This document shows positions 9,244 to 19,166 of a DNA stretch of 64,000 bases, in pieces. A program made the position numbers and the translations under genes. Position 1 is the stretch's first letter. Every line of letters starts with the position of its first letter. This DNA is from Dehalococcoidia bacterium (lineage in GTDB: Bacteria > Chloroflexota > Dehalococcoidia > Lucifugimonadales > UBA3495): positions 859,740 through 923,739 of the forward strand of contig OZ253548.1 in NCBI GenBank assembly GCA_965262595.1. Direction: 5' to 3'. The notes beneath the pieces were generated by a model. That model searched no databases. It worked only from the letters and a program-made list of their open reading frames with translations, and was not told the DNA's origin.

Positions 9244-10143
9244 ATGCCAATTAGCACGGTAGCAATTTTGAGCCCCGGCGACATGGGCCACGCCGTGGGG
9301 CAACGATTAAAAGAGCATGAATTGGACGTTATAACCTGTTTGGCCGGCAGGAGCGAAAGAACCCGAACCTTGGCCGAAAAGGCCGGAATCCAGGATGTTG
9401 CCACGATGGAAGAATTGGTGGAACAGGCCGACCTGATTATGTCATTGACCGTTTCCGCAGCAGTTCCAAGCCTGTGCCGCCAGGTGGCCGACGTTATACG
9501 TGCGACCGGCGCTGATACGCTGTTCGCCGAGTGCAACGCCATTTCTCCCCAATTGACCCGGGAAATGGAGCCAATTATCACGAATGCCGGTGGCCGATTC
9601 GTGGATGTCTCTATCATCGGTGGGCCGCCTCGGCTGGGTTACAGTCCCCATTTTTATGTTTCCGGCTCCCAAGCCCCCAATTTCGCTGAGGTAGGTCAAT
9701 TCGGTCTGGACGTGCGCCTGCTGGACGGGGAGGTTGGTCAAGCCTCCGGAATCAAGATGTGCTACGCCGCCATGACCAAGGGGTCCTGGGCCCTGTACAG
9801 CCAGCTACTAATTGCAGCCGAGCTGATGGGATTGACCGAACCATTGCTGGCAGAGTTTCAGTCGGGCCAGTCCTCCGTGTTGGAGCGAATGACGCGGACA
9901 ATTCCCACCGTGCCACCTCGCGCCCGCCGGTGGGTCAGCGAAATGGAGGAAATTCGGGACACTTTTGACCACTTGGGGTTGACTCCGCTTATCTTCCAGG
10001 GAGTGTCCGATATGTACCGTTTTATGGGCGATACTCCCTTGGGGGAGGAGTTTCCGGAGTCCCGCGACCGGGAGCGAACCTTTACCGACACGATTCGGCA
10101 GCTGGCCACATACGTGGAGCCGAAGGAACGAACCCTGGGTTAG
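9244..10143 (+). CDS. NAD(P)-binding dehydrogenase, 6-phosphogluconate-dehydrogenase-like (DUF1932-type C-terminus)
   Basis: Rossmann N-terminus VAILSPGDMGHAVGQRL. The ATG at 9244 is preceded by GGGGGA. The track ORF start at 9046 adds an implausible extension. Confidence 0.6.
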   Translation: MPISTVAILSPGDMGHAVGQRLKEHELDVITCLAGRSERTRTLAEKAGIQDVATMEELVEQADLIMSLTVSAAVPSLCRQVADVIRATGADTLFAECNAISPQLTREMEPIITNAGGRFVDVSIIGGPPRLGYSPHFYVSGSQAPNFAEVGQFGLDVRLLDGEVGQASGIKMCYAAMTKGSWALYSQLLIAAELMGLTEPLLAEFQSGQSSVLERMTRTIPTVPPRARRWVSEMEEIRDTFDHLGLTPLIFQGVSDMYRFMGDTPLGEEFPESRDRERTFTDTIRQLATYVEPKERTLG

Positions 10144-10264
10144 GCGCTCACCCGGTTTCCGGGCGGTATTACCCAATAAATATCCCGGCGTCCGCGCTTA
10201 AAGTAATTAAGCGGTTTCGTCAGGCGTTTTAGCGAACGTTCCACGACAACCGCAGAAGGAAGAA

Positions 10265-10294
10265 AGGCCCCGGCTATTCAAAGCGCCGGGGCCT
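10265..10294. terminator. GC-rich hairpin between convergent genes
   Basis: AGGCCCCGGC (10265-10274) pairs with GCCGGGGCCT (10285-10294), giving a 10-bp stem and a 10-nt loop. It lies between the stops at 10143 (+) and 10333 (-). Confidence 0.4.
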
Positions 10295-10332
10295 CGGCCT
10301 GCTGGAGCAAATAACCGCTGTGCGGCGGGGAA

Positions 10333-10698
10333 TTAGGCCTCGGTTTGCTCGGTTTGGCTGCCCTTAACCGTAACGGTAATGTGGGCCATGGCGGTATCGC
10401 CGGGCGCGCCGTGCCAGTGGTTCTCCCCGGCGGGAACTATCACCACGTCACCTACCGTAACTTCCACTTCCTCGTCATCGGTCGCCACCGTGCCCGTACC
10501 CTCGGTAATGATGAGCATTTGATCGCCGCTATGCTTGTGGAACTTGTTGCGGGAACCGGCGCTGAAACTCACCACGCCAAAGTTAAAGTTGGTGCTGTCC
10601 CCAGCGTCAAATGGGGCCTGCCGAGTAACCAGGTTTCCGGTAAACAGGGCGCTGGTTGCCGCCTCTTTGGCGGTCTCACTAATCCTCACGATTTTCAT
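10333..10698 (-). CDS. cupin domain protein
   Basis: The cupin motifs are FHKHSGDQMLIITEGTG and PAGENHWHGA. The ATG at 10698 (MKIVRISE) is preceded by AAGGAGGAAAC. Confidence 0.7.
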   Translation of the reverse strand: MKIVRISETAKEAATSALFTGNLVTRQAPFDAGDSTNFNFGVVSFSAGSRNKFHKHSGDQMLIITEGTGTVATDDEEVEVTVGDVVIVPAGENHWHGAPGDTAMAHITVTVKGSQTEQTEA

Positions 10699-10896
10699 CA
10701 GTTTCCTCCTTAATTTTGGCCGCTTAAAACTGCGCATCGTTTAAGGTCTAACCCAAGCCGGATGCTTCCGAGTTTGCCTTGGTCAAACCATTTGTAATAT
10801 ACCCGGTTGGTATCGGCAAGTCCAGACCCGGATTGAAGCCGACGCGGCGAGGCAAAGTGGGTCAATTCATGCGCCGGGGATCAGTCTGTTTTCCAT

Positions 10897-11280
10897 CTAG
10901 CCAGCGTCATCGGTTCCCTGCATCGCGGCCAACAAGTCCGCCAGGGTGTGTGCCAACAGGCTGGGCCGTTCGGCAAACTCAGGAGTCGGGTACCATTCAT
11001 AATCAAAGCTGCGCAAAACCACGCCTTCAATGCTGCATCTCAAGCTGGAAAGTATTACCTTAAAACCTGCGGCATGGGTGGCCTGTTCCGCCAACTGCTC
11101 CAATACCGGATCCGGGCATTCGTAGATTACCAGAAACCCGCCCTGTCGCCCCCCGTCGGTTACCCTGGAGCGAAACACCTTACCCAGCAGGTCGAGTTCA
11201 ACTATCTTAAACTCCTGGGCCGGCCGCCCAAAGTCGGGCCAACCAATTTTGATGACGTCGCCAACCTGCCAATGGTGCAT
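10897..11280 (-). CDS. hypothetical protein
   Basis: ORF with GGAGG 9 nt upstream of the ATG at 11280 (MHHWQVGDV...). No family recognised. Confidence 0.4.
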   Translation of the reverse strand: MHHWQVGDVIKIGWPDFGRPAQEFKIVELDLLGKVFRSRVTDGGRQGGFLVIYECPDPVLEQLAEQATHAAGFKVILSSLRCSIEGVVLRSFDYEWYPTPEFAERPSLLAHTLADLLAAMQGTDDAG

Positions 11281-11493
11281 TGCTCCCGCCTCCAATGAAG
11301 GTTCGGTGCAGCGGCGATTGCAGCGGCAAAAGCGCAACAACGCCGGCATCTCTTTACAAGTAAGTGCGATGCTAAGTAAGCGTCGGACTGCACCATCCTA
11401 CGGGCGCCGACTGGTATAGGCAAGTGACCACACTGGCCGGCGGTCAATTGTGAATCCACATCCGGGCATGCCTGGGATTGGCAGGAAATTACC

Positions 11494-13119
11494 CTACCGC
11501 CGCTCCCGCAGCATCAAGAACGCCAAGGGAGCCGATGAGGCCAGAATTAGCAGCAATGCCGGAGCCGCCGCTTGGGCGAAGAAAGCCTCCGACGCGGCGC
11601 CCCAGATGGAAGTAGCCAAGGTGGAAAAGCCGATTGGCCGCAATATCAGAGTTGCCGGCAATTCTTTCATGGTCAGCAGAAATACCAGGGCCGCCCCGGC
11701 CAGGATACCGGGCCGCACCAAGGGTAAGGTGACCGAAGTAAATACACTGAATAGGGGGCGTCCCAAACTGCGGGCCGCCTCTTCAACGCTGGGATTCACC
11801 TGCAAGAAAGACGTTCGGGCTGATCCTACCGCGGCGGGCAGGAAGAGAATTACGTATGCCAAGATTAGTAGGCTAATGTTTTGGTACAAGAACCGGGCGA
11901 AGTTGGCCCCGAAAAATACCAGCCCCAGCGCGACCGCAATCCCCGGCAAGGCAAACCCCACATAGGTAATCCGCTCAATCAGGAAACTGAGCAAGCCGGG
12001 ATACCTTACGGACAGCGCAGCTATTGGTAAAGCGGCAACCACGGCGGCGACGGAGGCTAAAGCCGCCACGTAAAGGGAATGCCAGGTTGCGTCCCATACC
12101 AGGAGCAACGGTTCTCCGGCTCCTACGCCCCGAACCACCCAGTAAACCAGGACCGTCATTGGGAGCGCCAACGACAATGTAACTACCACTGCACAAAAGC
12201 CGGTAGCCGGCCAGCGCCACCTGCCCAGAGCGATTATTGTCGGTGGGCGGGCAACGCCGGTGTCAACACGATAATACCTGGAACGGCCCCGGGTCAGGGT
12301 TTCCATACCCAGGAATACCAGGGCTAGAATCACCAGAACCAGCGAAAACGCCGCTCCCAGGGTGCGGTCCAGAGCCGCCTCATACTGAATGAAAATTGCC
12401 CAGGTGAATGTTTCGTAGCGCAGCAGAGACACTGCCCCGAAGTCGCTGAGGGTATAGAGGGCTACCAGCAATCCGCCGGCGGCTACGGATGGACGAAGGA
12501 GGGGCAATACTACCCGCCGGAAGGTGGCACGCCAGCTATAACCCAAGCCGCGGGAGGACTCCTCCAACGAAGGATCCAGCCGCTGCAAAGCCGCCCTTAC
12601 CGTCAGCAGGACATAGGGATAGCTGAGTAAGGTCAGGGTTAACATAGCGCCGGGGAACCCGCTAATGTCGGGCAGCCTTTCTATTCCAAGAGGACCTTCA
12701 AGAAATCCCTGGAGCATTCCTCGGGGGCCGAGAGCCACGACGACGGCAAACCCGGCCACATAGCTTGGGATTACCAGGGGCAAAGTCGCCAGCACCCCCC
12801 AAACTCGCGCCAGGGGAAGGTCGGTGCGAATAGTAAGCCAGGCCAGAGGCACCGCCAGGACAATTGAAGCCGCGGTTACCGCTCCGACCAGAAGCAGGGT
12901 GCGAATCAGGATTTCCAGTACCCGAACCCGCAGCAGGGCGTCCCAAAATTCGTAGCCGGCGCCAAGAGAGCGGATAGCCAGGTAAACCGGCGACAAAATC
13001 AGGAACGCGCCAATAACCAGGGCCGGAGCCCACAAAATGACCGGCGGCCCGTTTATGAATCCGGCTCGGCGTCGGGCCGAGTCGAGGAATTTAGCGACGG
13101 AAGCGATGGAATCTGGCAC
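11494..13119 (-). CDS. ABC transporter permease with duplicated domains, Fe(III)/thiamine type (FbpB/ThiP-like)
   Basis: 541 aa with about 12 TM segments and two BPD-transporter EAA-like loops (EESSRGLG... and EEAARSLG...). It is adjacent to a matching substrate-binding protein gene. Confidence 0.8.
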   Translation of the reverse strand: MPDSIASVAKFLDSARRRAGFINGPPVILWAPALVIGAFLILSPVYLAIRSLGAGYEFWDALLRVRVLEILIRTLLLVGAVTAASIVLAVPLAWLTIRTDLPLARVWGVLATLPLVIPSYVAGFAVVVALGPRGMLQGFLEGPLGIERLPDISGFPGAMLTLTLLSYPYVLLTVRAALQRLDPSLEESSRGLGYSWRATFRRVVLPLLRPSVAAGGLLVALYTLSDFGAVSLLRYETFTWAIFIQYEAALDRTLGAAFSLVLVILALVFLGMETLTRGRSRYYRVDTGVARPPTIIALGRWRWPATGFCAVVVTLSLALPMTVLVYWVVRGVGAGEPLLLVWDATWHSLYVAALASVAAVVAALPIAALSVRYPGLLSFLIERITYVGFALPGIAVALGLVFFGANFARFLYQNISLLILAYVILFLPAAVGSARTSFLQVNPSVEEAARSLGRPLFSVFTSVTLPLVRPGILAGAALVFLLTMKELPATLILRPIGFSTLATSIWGAASEAFFAQAAAPALLLILASSAPLAFLMLRERR

Positions 13120-13171
13120 GGCTCTGCTCGATGAAGGATTGGGAGACGGCTTGGCGGCAAGATTCAGTCAA

Positions 13172-14269
13172 TTATGGCAGAACTCCCGCTTCCCGCAATA
13201 GCTCTTGAGTGCCTTTGAGGTCAAGCAGGTCTCCGGCGGTCAGTTCGGGCTTGGCAATGTCGGCCAGAGGGACCAGGACCCGCTCGGTCTTGACTCCTTC
13301 GACCAGGGGATACTCAAAAGTCTGCCCGGCAAAATACTGCTGAGCTACCGGAGACAGCATGAACTCCAAAAACCGCTCGGCGGTCTCCCGATTCTCCGCA
13401 GAGGACAGGATTCCCGCACCTGCCACCATCACAATGGATCCCGGTCCACCGGAGCGAGGATGGTAGTTGCGGGCGCCAAAGCCTTCTCCTTCCTCCGCCA
13501 GGAACCGGAAAAGATAATAGTGGTTGACAAATCCTACGTCTATTTCACCGGACGCCGCCGCCGCAATCTGGGACGTATTATTGGGGTATGTCCTGGGATC
13601 GTTAGCCCTAATTCCCTCCAGCCACTCCCTGGTTCGGTCTTCGCCCCATTCTGAGCGCATCGCGGTGACCATGGTTTGGAAAGAGGCGTTCGCCGGCGCC
13701 CAACCGATGCGGTCTTTCCAAACCGGATCGGTAAATCCAAACATATCGTCGGGCAGGTCATTTTCGGTCAAATTATCGGTGTTATAGGCGACCGTCCGGG
13801 CCCGCCCGGAGACTCCAACCCATTTGCCCTGGGGAGAACGCGCCCAAGGAGGTACCAGGTCCAGGATGTCCGAGGGCAGGGCAGCCAGTTGAGCTTCCAC
13901 CGCGCCCAACCCACCGGGGTCCTGGGCAAAGAATACATCGGCCGGAGAATTGCCCCCTTCCTCCAGAAGGGTCGCCGCTAACTGGGCCGTCTTGGCGTAC
14001 TTGACCTCTACCTTAACGCCGGTGACGTCTCCGAACTGCTGCACAATGTTGTCAACCAGGGATTCACTCCGCCCTGAATAAACTACCAACTTGCCGGACG
14101 CGGCTTTCCGCTCCATACTAACTTCGCCGGCGCCTTCTTTCTCAAGCGCTCCCTCTTTCGGAACCTCCCCTACAGCATCTCCGGTGCAGGCTCCGAGGAG
14201 GACACTTAGCAACCCCACTGCAAGAATGGTCAACCAAATTTTTCGATTCAACCTGTAATCTCCAATCAT
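13172..14269 (-). CDS. ABC transporter substrate-binding protein, Fe(III) (FbpA/AfuA-like)
   Basis: Lipoprotein-like N-terminus (LGAC). VVYSGRSESLVDNIVQQFGDVTGVKVEV...ADVFFAQDPGGLG is typical of the ferric-binding family. Confidence 0.75.
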   Translation of the reverse strand: MIGDYRLNRKIWLTILAVGLLSVLLGACTGDAVGEVPKEGALEKEGAGEVSMERKAASGKLVVYSGRSESLVDNIVQQFGDVTGVKVEVKYAKTAQLAATLLEEGGNSPADVFFAQDPGGLGAVEAQLAALPSDILDLVPPWARSPQGKWVGVSGRARTVAYNTDNLTENDLPDDMFGFTDPVWKDRIGWAPANASFQTMVTAMRSEWGEDRTREWLEGIRANDPRTYPNNTSQIAAAASGEIDVGFVNHYYLFRFLAEEGEGFGARNYHPRSGGPGSIVMVAGAGILSSAENRETAERFLEFMLSPVAQQYFAGQTFEYPLVEGVKTERVLVPLADIAKPELTAGDLLDLKGTQELLREAGVLP

Positions 14270-14334
14270 CGCTTAACCTCCAACCTTAGATACTCTCTAA
14301 TTTAATGGATGCCGGCAGATTCCGACCAATCAAC

Positions 14335-14376
14335 GGATGCCGCACCCGGAAAGTTACCAAACCGGGTGAGGCATCC
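14335..14376. promoter_or_regulatory. long imperfect hairpin in the leader/promoter region of the Fe-ABC operon
   Basis: GGATGCCGCACCCGG (14335-14349) pairs with CCGGGTGAGGCATCC (14362-14376): 14 of 15 pairs and a 12-nt loop. It lies 66-107 nt upstream of the substrate-binding protein start codon. Confidence 0.3.
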
Positions 14377-15203
14377 GAACTTGGCACGGGGTATATATTT
14401 ACTTTATCCAGGAAGGCCTTCCCACCTCGCCCGACCGGGAAGGAGGACGGTCAAGGCAAGAAGAGACGCCTGGGAAATTGACCATAACACGTATATACAT
14501 ATTATTACGTTAAGTACATACTATTTTAATGAACAAGACATTACCACTCGTTATCAGTTGTGTCAACACGTAAAACAAGTAAGAATATAAATGCCCAACA
14601 GGTCAGACCTGGCATTGATGTTGGGTTTGGGTGAATAACGCGCCCACCCCTGACCCCATAAGTATCAATTGGCGCCGGTTAATGCTCTTGGTGTCCAGCA
14701 CCTTTTCACTGGCCGGCTACGTCCGTAATTCCGGTGTAAGCCACGCCTTCCCAGCCAACTCGAGGTGACGTCAGCCCACTCTTTCGCTTGGCGAATATAC
14801 CGACTAGCCGTATTTAAGCCTGCAATACCTATCCGATCATTTCGACCGCTTTTTGCAGCCCTGCTTCTACCGGCCTGGCTCCGGTTTAAAAAATCATCGC
14901 TTGTTGCGCTTTAACTGCAAGGGCATTCCATTGACCCACGTCCAACAAGGAAGAGACACCTTATCTCTACACTAATGTCACTGCAAATAGTGATTAATTT
15001 CAAATACAATACAGCCTAACTATTGATTTCGCCTGATGTAACGTTTAAAATTACGCTACCTTACATCGTCAAACATACCAAGCGAACAACATAGTGGCGG
15101 CGGAGATAGTTTTATGGCATCCGGCATTAACCCGGCGCTTCATTCTTCTCAGCAAGTAGGGACCGGCCAGTCGGCCCCACAGCCAAACATCGGCCAGGGC
15201 ACC

Positions 15204-16265
15204 ATGGCGCTGAAATGCGCGAACTTGACCAAGAGATTCGGGGATGTTCTCGCGGTTAACGGCCTTAACCTGAGCATTCCCCAAGGTCGGATCCTCGCCC
15301 TACTCGGCCCTAGCGGTTGCGGGAAAACGACGGTCTTACGCATGATAGCCGGATTCACCCACCCGGATGCCGGTTCGATTGAGATCAATGGCAACCAGGT
15401 CTTCGAGACCGGCCGGAATATGCCGCCGGAAAAGCGGCAAGTAGGCATGGTTTTTCAGGAAGGCGCCCTTTTCCCTCATTTGACGGTGGAACAGAACATT
15501 GCCTACGGTCTCCCCAAAAACAGCGAACGGCAGGAACGGATGCAGGAAGTAGTAAGCCTGACCGGGCTGGACGAATTAACCCGGCGGATGCCCCACGAAC
15601 TCTCGGGCGGCCAACAACAGCGCGTCGCCCTAGCCCGCGCCCTCGCGCCCCGTCCGGAGCTTCTGCTTTTGGACGAACCTTTTTCCAATTTGGACCCCGG
15701 GCTGCGGGACCAGGTGCGCCGGGATGTTATGTCCATTCTGCGCGGTAGCGGGATAACCGCCGTATTTGTTACCCACGACCAGGAAGAAGCCATGTACGTA
15801 GGGGATTCTATCGTGGTCATGAATCGGGGAATAGTTGAGCAGCAGGGGGCACCGGAGGACGTTTTTCATCGTCCCAATAGCCGCTTCGTAGCTGAATTCG
15901 TGGGAATGGTTGATTTCCTGGCAGGCCGCCAAGAAAACGGCCGCATTGTCACCGCCGTCGGCTCCGCAGATTGGCCGGGGGGTTCTTCAACAATGGTACG
16001 GTCGGAAGTAACGGGACAGTTGGAAGTAATGGTACGTCCCGACTGCCTCGATTTTTATCCCTCTGACCTGGGGGAGGGCCTGATTGCCGAGCGCGAATTC
16101 CGGGGCGCTTTTTACCTTTACCGGATCTCCCTTTCATCCGGCGGGAGCGTCCGCTGCTTGCGGTCTCATACCGAGGAATACGCAGTCGGAACGCCGGTCA
16201 CGGTGCGAATGCGCGATGGACATTCCCTGAGGCCTTTTGTTGATGGTCTGGCCATCAATTCATAG
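15204..16265 (+). CDS. ABC transporter ATP-binding protein (FbpC/PotA-like)
   Basis: Walker A GPSGCGKTT, signature LSGGQQQRVALARAL and Walker B LLLLDEPFS, with a C-terminal TOBE-like domain. The start is either the ATG at 15204 (MALKCANLTKRFGD) or the ATG at 15114 (track). Confidence 0.85.
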   Translation: MALKCANLTKRFGDVLAVNGLNLSIPQGRILALLGPSGCGKTTVLRMIAGFTHPDAGSIEINGNQVFETGRNMPPEKRQVGMVFQEGALFPHLTVEQNIAYGLPKNSERQERMQEVVSLTGLDELTRRMPHELSGGQQQRVALARALAPRPELLLLDEPFSNLDPGLRDQVRRDVMSILRGSGITAVFVTHDQEEAMYVGDSIVVMNRGIVEQQGAPEDVFHRPNSRFVAEFVGMVDFLAGRQENGRIVTAVGSADWPGGSSTMVRSEVTGQLEVMVRPDCLDFYPSDLGEGLIAEREFRGAFYLYRISLSSGGSVRCLRSHTEEYAVGTPVTVRMRDGHSLRPFVDGLAINS

Positions 16266-16509
16266 CTTCGCCTCTGTCTTTACCCTTTAACCAAACGCGC
16301 TTTTTTGCCTATTTCGACGGCCACGGATCCTCCTAAGCCTGCTCCTCTCGATAGTCCGACCCCTTTGCCTTAACGCTCCGATCAGACCTTGAAATGGCCT
16401 ACCTAAAATCCCTGCGGCACTGTATAATTTAGAATCATTATTATCTAGACTTATCCACGGGACTGACGAGAAAGCGGAACCCCGTGATGTTATCCCTTGA
16501 GGTTAAGTC

Positions 16510-17271
16510 ATGCCTAGACCAGGCAAAACCGGTCAACGCCGAGACAAGGCCAACACTTCGGAGGACGGCGGGTCTCCGGAGAGATTCTCGGCAGTAACCG
16601 AAAATTACCTGCTTTGCCTTTACAAGCTGTGGGAAGAATCGGTTACGCCGACCGTAACCCTGCTGACCGACACGATAAAGGAACTGCCTTCCACGGAAGG
16701 ACTGGGTTCTTCCGTTCCCTCGGTAGCCGGCATGACCCGCCGAATGCAGAAACAGGGGCTGGTGGAAATCGGCCCGGACAAGCGCATTCGACTCACGAAG
16801 AAGGGTTTTGAAGGCGGCGAGGACATAGCGCGGCGGCACCGGCTGGCGGAATGGTTAGTCGTGAGATTGCTGGGAATGGATTTGCATCACGCGCACATCG
16901 AGGCGCATCGACTGGAACACGGCATTTCGGGAGACCTGGAAGCTAAGCTAATGGAGCGGCTGGACTATCCGAATAAGTCGCCGTTTGGCAGGCCAATTCC
17001 TGGAACCGGAACGCCCCAGATCCCACCAGGTTGTGTGACGCTGGACCGGGCGACTCCCGATACACCCTACCTGGTAGAGCGAATCCCCGAAGAGAACTCC
17101 AATCTGCTTCGTTTCCTGGACGATGCCAAAATAACGCCGGATAACCCGGTAAGCGTTACGGAATCTACTCCGTACCTGGGCGTAATGATGGTATCCACTC
17201 AGACCGACCGGGTTTCAATCGGTTTCAACGTAGCTGAGCAAATCCTGGTTCGCCCTGCCGTCAACGAATAG
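16510..17271 (+). CDS. DtxR/IdeR/MntR-family metal-dependent transcriptional regulator
   Basis: The wHTH is VPSVAGMTRRMQKQGLVE. The metal-binding/dimerisation region is RRHRLAEWLVVRLLGMDLHHAHIEAHRLEHGIS. A C-terminal FeoA/SH3-like domain is present. Confidence 0.85.
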   Translation: MPRPGKTGQRRDKANTSEDGGSPERFSAVTENYLLCLYKLWEESVTPTVTLLTDTIKELPSTEGLGSSVPSVAGMTRRMQKQGLVEIGPDKRIRLTKKGFEGGEDIARRHRLAEWLVVRLLGMDLHHAHIEAHRLEHGISGDLEAKLMERLDYPNKSPFGRPIPGTGTPQIPPGCVTLDRATPDTPYLVERIPEENSNLLRFLDDAKITPDNPVSVTESTPYLGVMMVSTQTDRVSIGFNVAEQILVRPAVNE

Positions 17272-17492
17272 ATAAGCGGCAGCTCACGTTCGTCCTGGAC
17301 CGCCGATAGGGTTTCACCGGCCGCAGCTTGCGAAGATCAAGACCAATCCTGCCCCTCTCCGAACCGTCCCGGTTCCCCTACTAGAGACGTAAACCGGCAA
17401 TCGCGCCTTTTCCGTGCCCCTTTCCGGCCCAGGTTAATCGTCCCAACCATTCTTTATGTAAAATGGGACGACAAGCGGCCACAATTGCGCTG

Positions 17493-18092
17493 CTACTGCC
17501 CGGCTAATAGCGTCCCTCGCACCGCCGCCCAGCCCTCCGCCATGCCACGCTTCGGGAAAGGCGCCAATTCGTCGTCGTGAACGACTTTGACCAGGACAAA
17601 CACCGGCCCGGCCTGTTCCATGACCTCTTCCAGTCCGATCAAGAAGTCCTCCAGATTTTCGAAGCGGAAAGTACGGCTGTATCCGGCGCCCTGAGCCATT
17701 GAAAGAAAGTTAACATTGTCCAGGCCTTTGAGCGGAATGCCATCAGTCGAAGAGTAGGTCACATCGTCAAATACAAAGTGCACCAGGTTCTCCGGCTTTG
17801 ATTCCCCAATAGTAGCCAGGGCGCCCAGGTCGGTACGGAGGGTTGCGTCGCAGTCCAGTACCAGCACCTTCCGGTCGGGCTGGGCTAGAGACAATCCCAG
17901 GCCAACCGCCGGCGCGCGGTCCATGCAGTCGGTCAGGTCAACGTCCAGCTCCCGCCGTTGCGAAACCTGATTCCAATCCCGCAGGGCCGCCGAGGTGGAC
18001 ACCACCAACGCATCCTTGCGGTGGTAATTAATCGCTCTTGCCGCTTCCATTGAGGGAATCAACGGGTTCGTCCTCCCTTGCATCTTCATCAA
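17493..18092 (-). CDS. ComE-like TPP-enzyme beta-subunit paralog with a degenerate TPP-binding motif
   Basis: It aligns with the 18544..19149 product, but GDGS is CDAT and NNG is DDV (LVLDCDATLRTDLG...FVFDDVTYSSTDG). The start is uncertain: 18092 or the ATG at 18050. Confidence 0.6.
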   Translation of the reverse strand: MMKMQGRTNPLIPSMEAARAINYHRKDALVVSTSAALRDWNQVSQRRELDVDLTDCMDRAPAVGLGLSLAQPDRKVLVLDCDATLRTDLGALATIGESKPENLVHFVFDDVTYSSTDGIPLKGLDNVNFLSMAQGAGYSRTFRFENLEDFLIGLEEVMEQAGPVFVLVKVVHDDELAPFPKRGMAEGWAAVRGTLLAGQ

Positions 18093-18306
18093 AATCGGTG
18101 ACTATCTGCCGGGCGCCAATGCGCCGGGTGGTCGCCATCAAGTACAGGCCGCCTAGTATCAAGGCGCTGCCCAAAACGGTGCCCAAGACCAGCAGGTAGG
18201 GATTGTCGTCCCGCAACAACCCCTGGTAGAGCAACCAAAAGCCCAGGGCGAACACGCCCAAACTTAACAATCTACCCAGTAAACTTCTACCCAGATCCTT
18301 CAGCAA
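18028..18306 (-). CDS. small two-TM membrane protein
   Basis: 92-aa ORF with a TTG start and GGAG 7 nt upstream. It has two hydrophobic helices and an acidic C-terminal tail, and sits between the two ComE-like genes. Confidence 0.4.
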   Translation of the reverse strand: MLKDLGRSLLGRLLSLGVFALGFWLLYQGLLRDDNPYLLVLGTVLGSALILGGLYLMATTRRIGARQIVTDFDEDAREDEPVDSLNGSGKSD

Positions 18307-18543
18307 TGAAATCTCCGGATGCCGGTCATGGGCGTAGCGACCGGCACAAAATTGATGAGACGTACCTGCTCAGCCCAATATAAGAGAAACCGAGGCGACT
18401 TTAGGGTGGCCGCCTCGGAATTGATACCCTTCTTAATTCCCAATCACTTTGTGCCGATCTCCGGATTCCAATTGTCGGTCCAAGACCGGTGCCGGAAGGG
18501 ACTGACCGTAGTCGGCGCTGGGTCCCTGCTACCGGTCTGTTTC

Positions 18544-19149
18544 CTAATCCCGACTTACGCCAAGGGCCTCCGGAACTTCCTGGAAGGCCATCAGCACCGT
18601 CCGCGGGGAGCGGGGCCGGAACTGTACCGGAGTATTCTCAATTTGGGGCTGCACTGCCAGGTGAACGAAGACCGGACCTTCGGCGCTCAGAACTTCGTCA
18701 ATACCGTTGGTAAAGTCCTCCAGGTTATCGTAGGAAAAAACCGCCGCATATCCGGCAGCCTTGGCCATTCCTTCCCAGTCCGACACTTCAGAACCCGGGA
18801 TGGGTTGCCCGCCGGTAACCGCATAAACGCCGTTGTTAAACAGGAAGTGATAAAAGTTCTTGGGCGCCTTGTTGGCCGTGGTGACCAAGGATCCCAGGTT
18901 CATCAGCAAACTGCCGTCGCCGTCCAGCACCATTACTCGGCGGTCCGGCTGAGCCAGGGCCAAACCCAGACCCAGGTTGGCCGCCTTGCCCATCGCTCCG
19001 GATAGGGGCAAGTCCAGCTTCTGGTCGGTGGTTAAGCTGGGCAGGCCAAAGCCAACGTTGTTAGCATTCATAGTGGGTACGATGAGCGAGCCATCGCGCT
19101 TGCTGTCAATTAGCCTTACGGCATCGGTATTATTGATCATACTCTTCAA
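18544..19149 (-). CDS. sulfopyruvate/phosphonopyruvate decarboxylase-like TPP enzyme, beta subunit
   Basis: The canonical TPP motif is present: GAMGKAANLGLGLALAQPDRRVMVLDGDGSLLMNLGS...FLFNNGVYAVTGGQ. Confidence 0.75.
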   Translation of the reverse strand: MKSMINNTDAVRLIDSKRDGSLIVPTMNANNVGFGLPSLTTDQKLDLPLSGAMGKAANLGLGLALAQPDRRVMVLDGDGSLLMNLGSLVTTANKAPKNFYHFLFNNGVYAVTGGQPIPGSEVSDWEGMAKAAGYAAVFSYDNLEDFTNGIDEVLSAEGPVFVHLAVQPQIENTPVQFRPRSPRTVLMAFQEVPEALGVSRD

Positions 19150-19166
19150 TCCTCCTTACAAGCGGG

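Noticed and set aside
14270-14640. A possible TPP riboswitch upstream of the ThiBPQ/FbpABC-like transporter
   Set aside because: I could not find the CUGAGA or ACCUGAUCUGGAUAAUGCCAGCG cores on the relevant strand. The SBP sequence and the adjacent DtxR regulator favour an iron or other metal system.
14815-14833. Candidate DtxR/IdeR operator TTAAGCCTGCAATACCTAT
   Set aside because: It matches only 11 of 19 positions of the TTAGGTTAGCCTAACCTAA consensus and has poor dyad symmetry. That is not distinguishable from chance in an AT-rich region.
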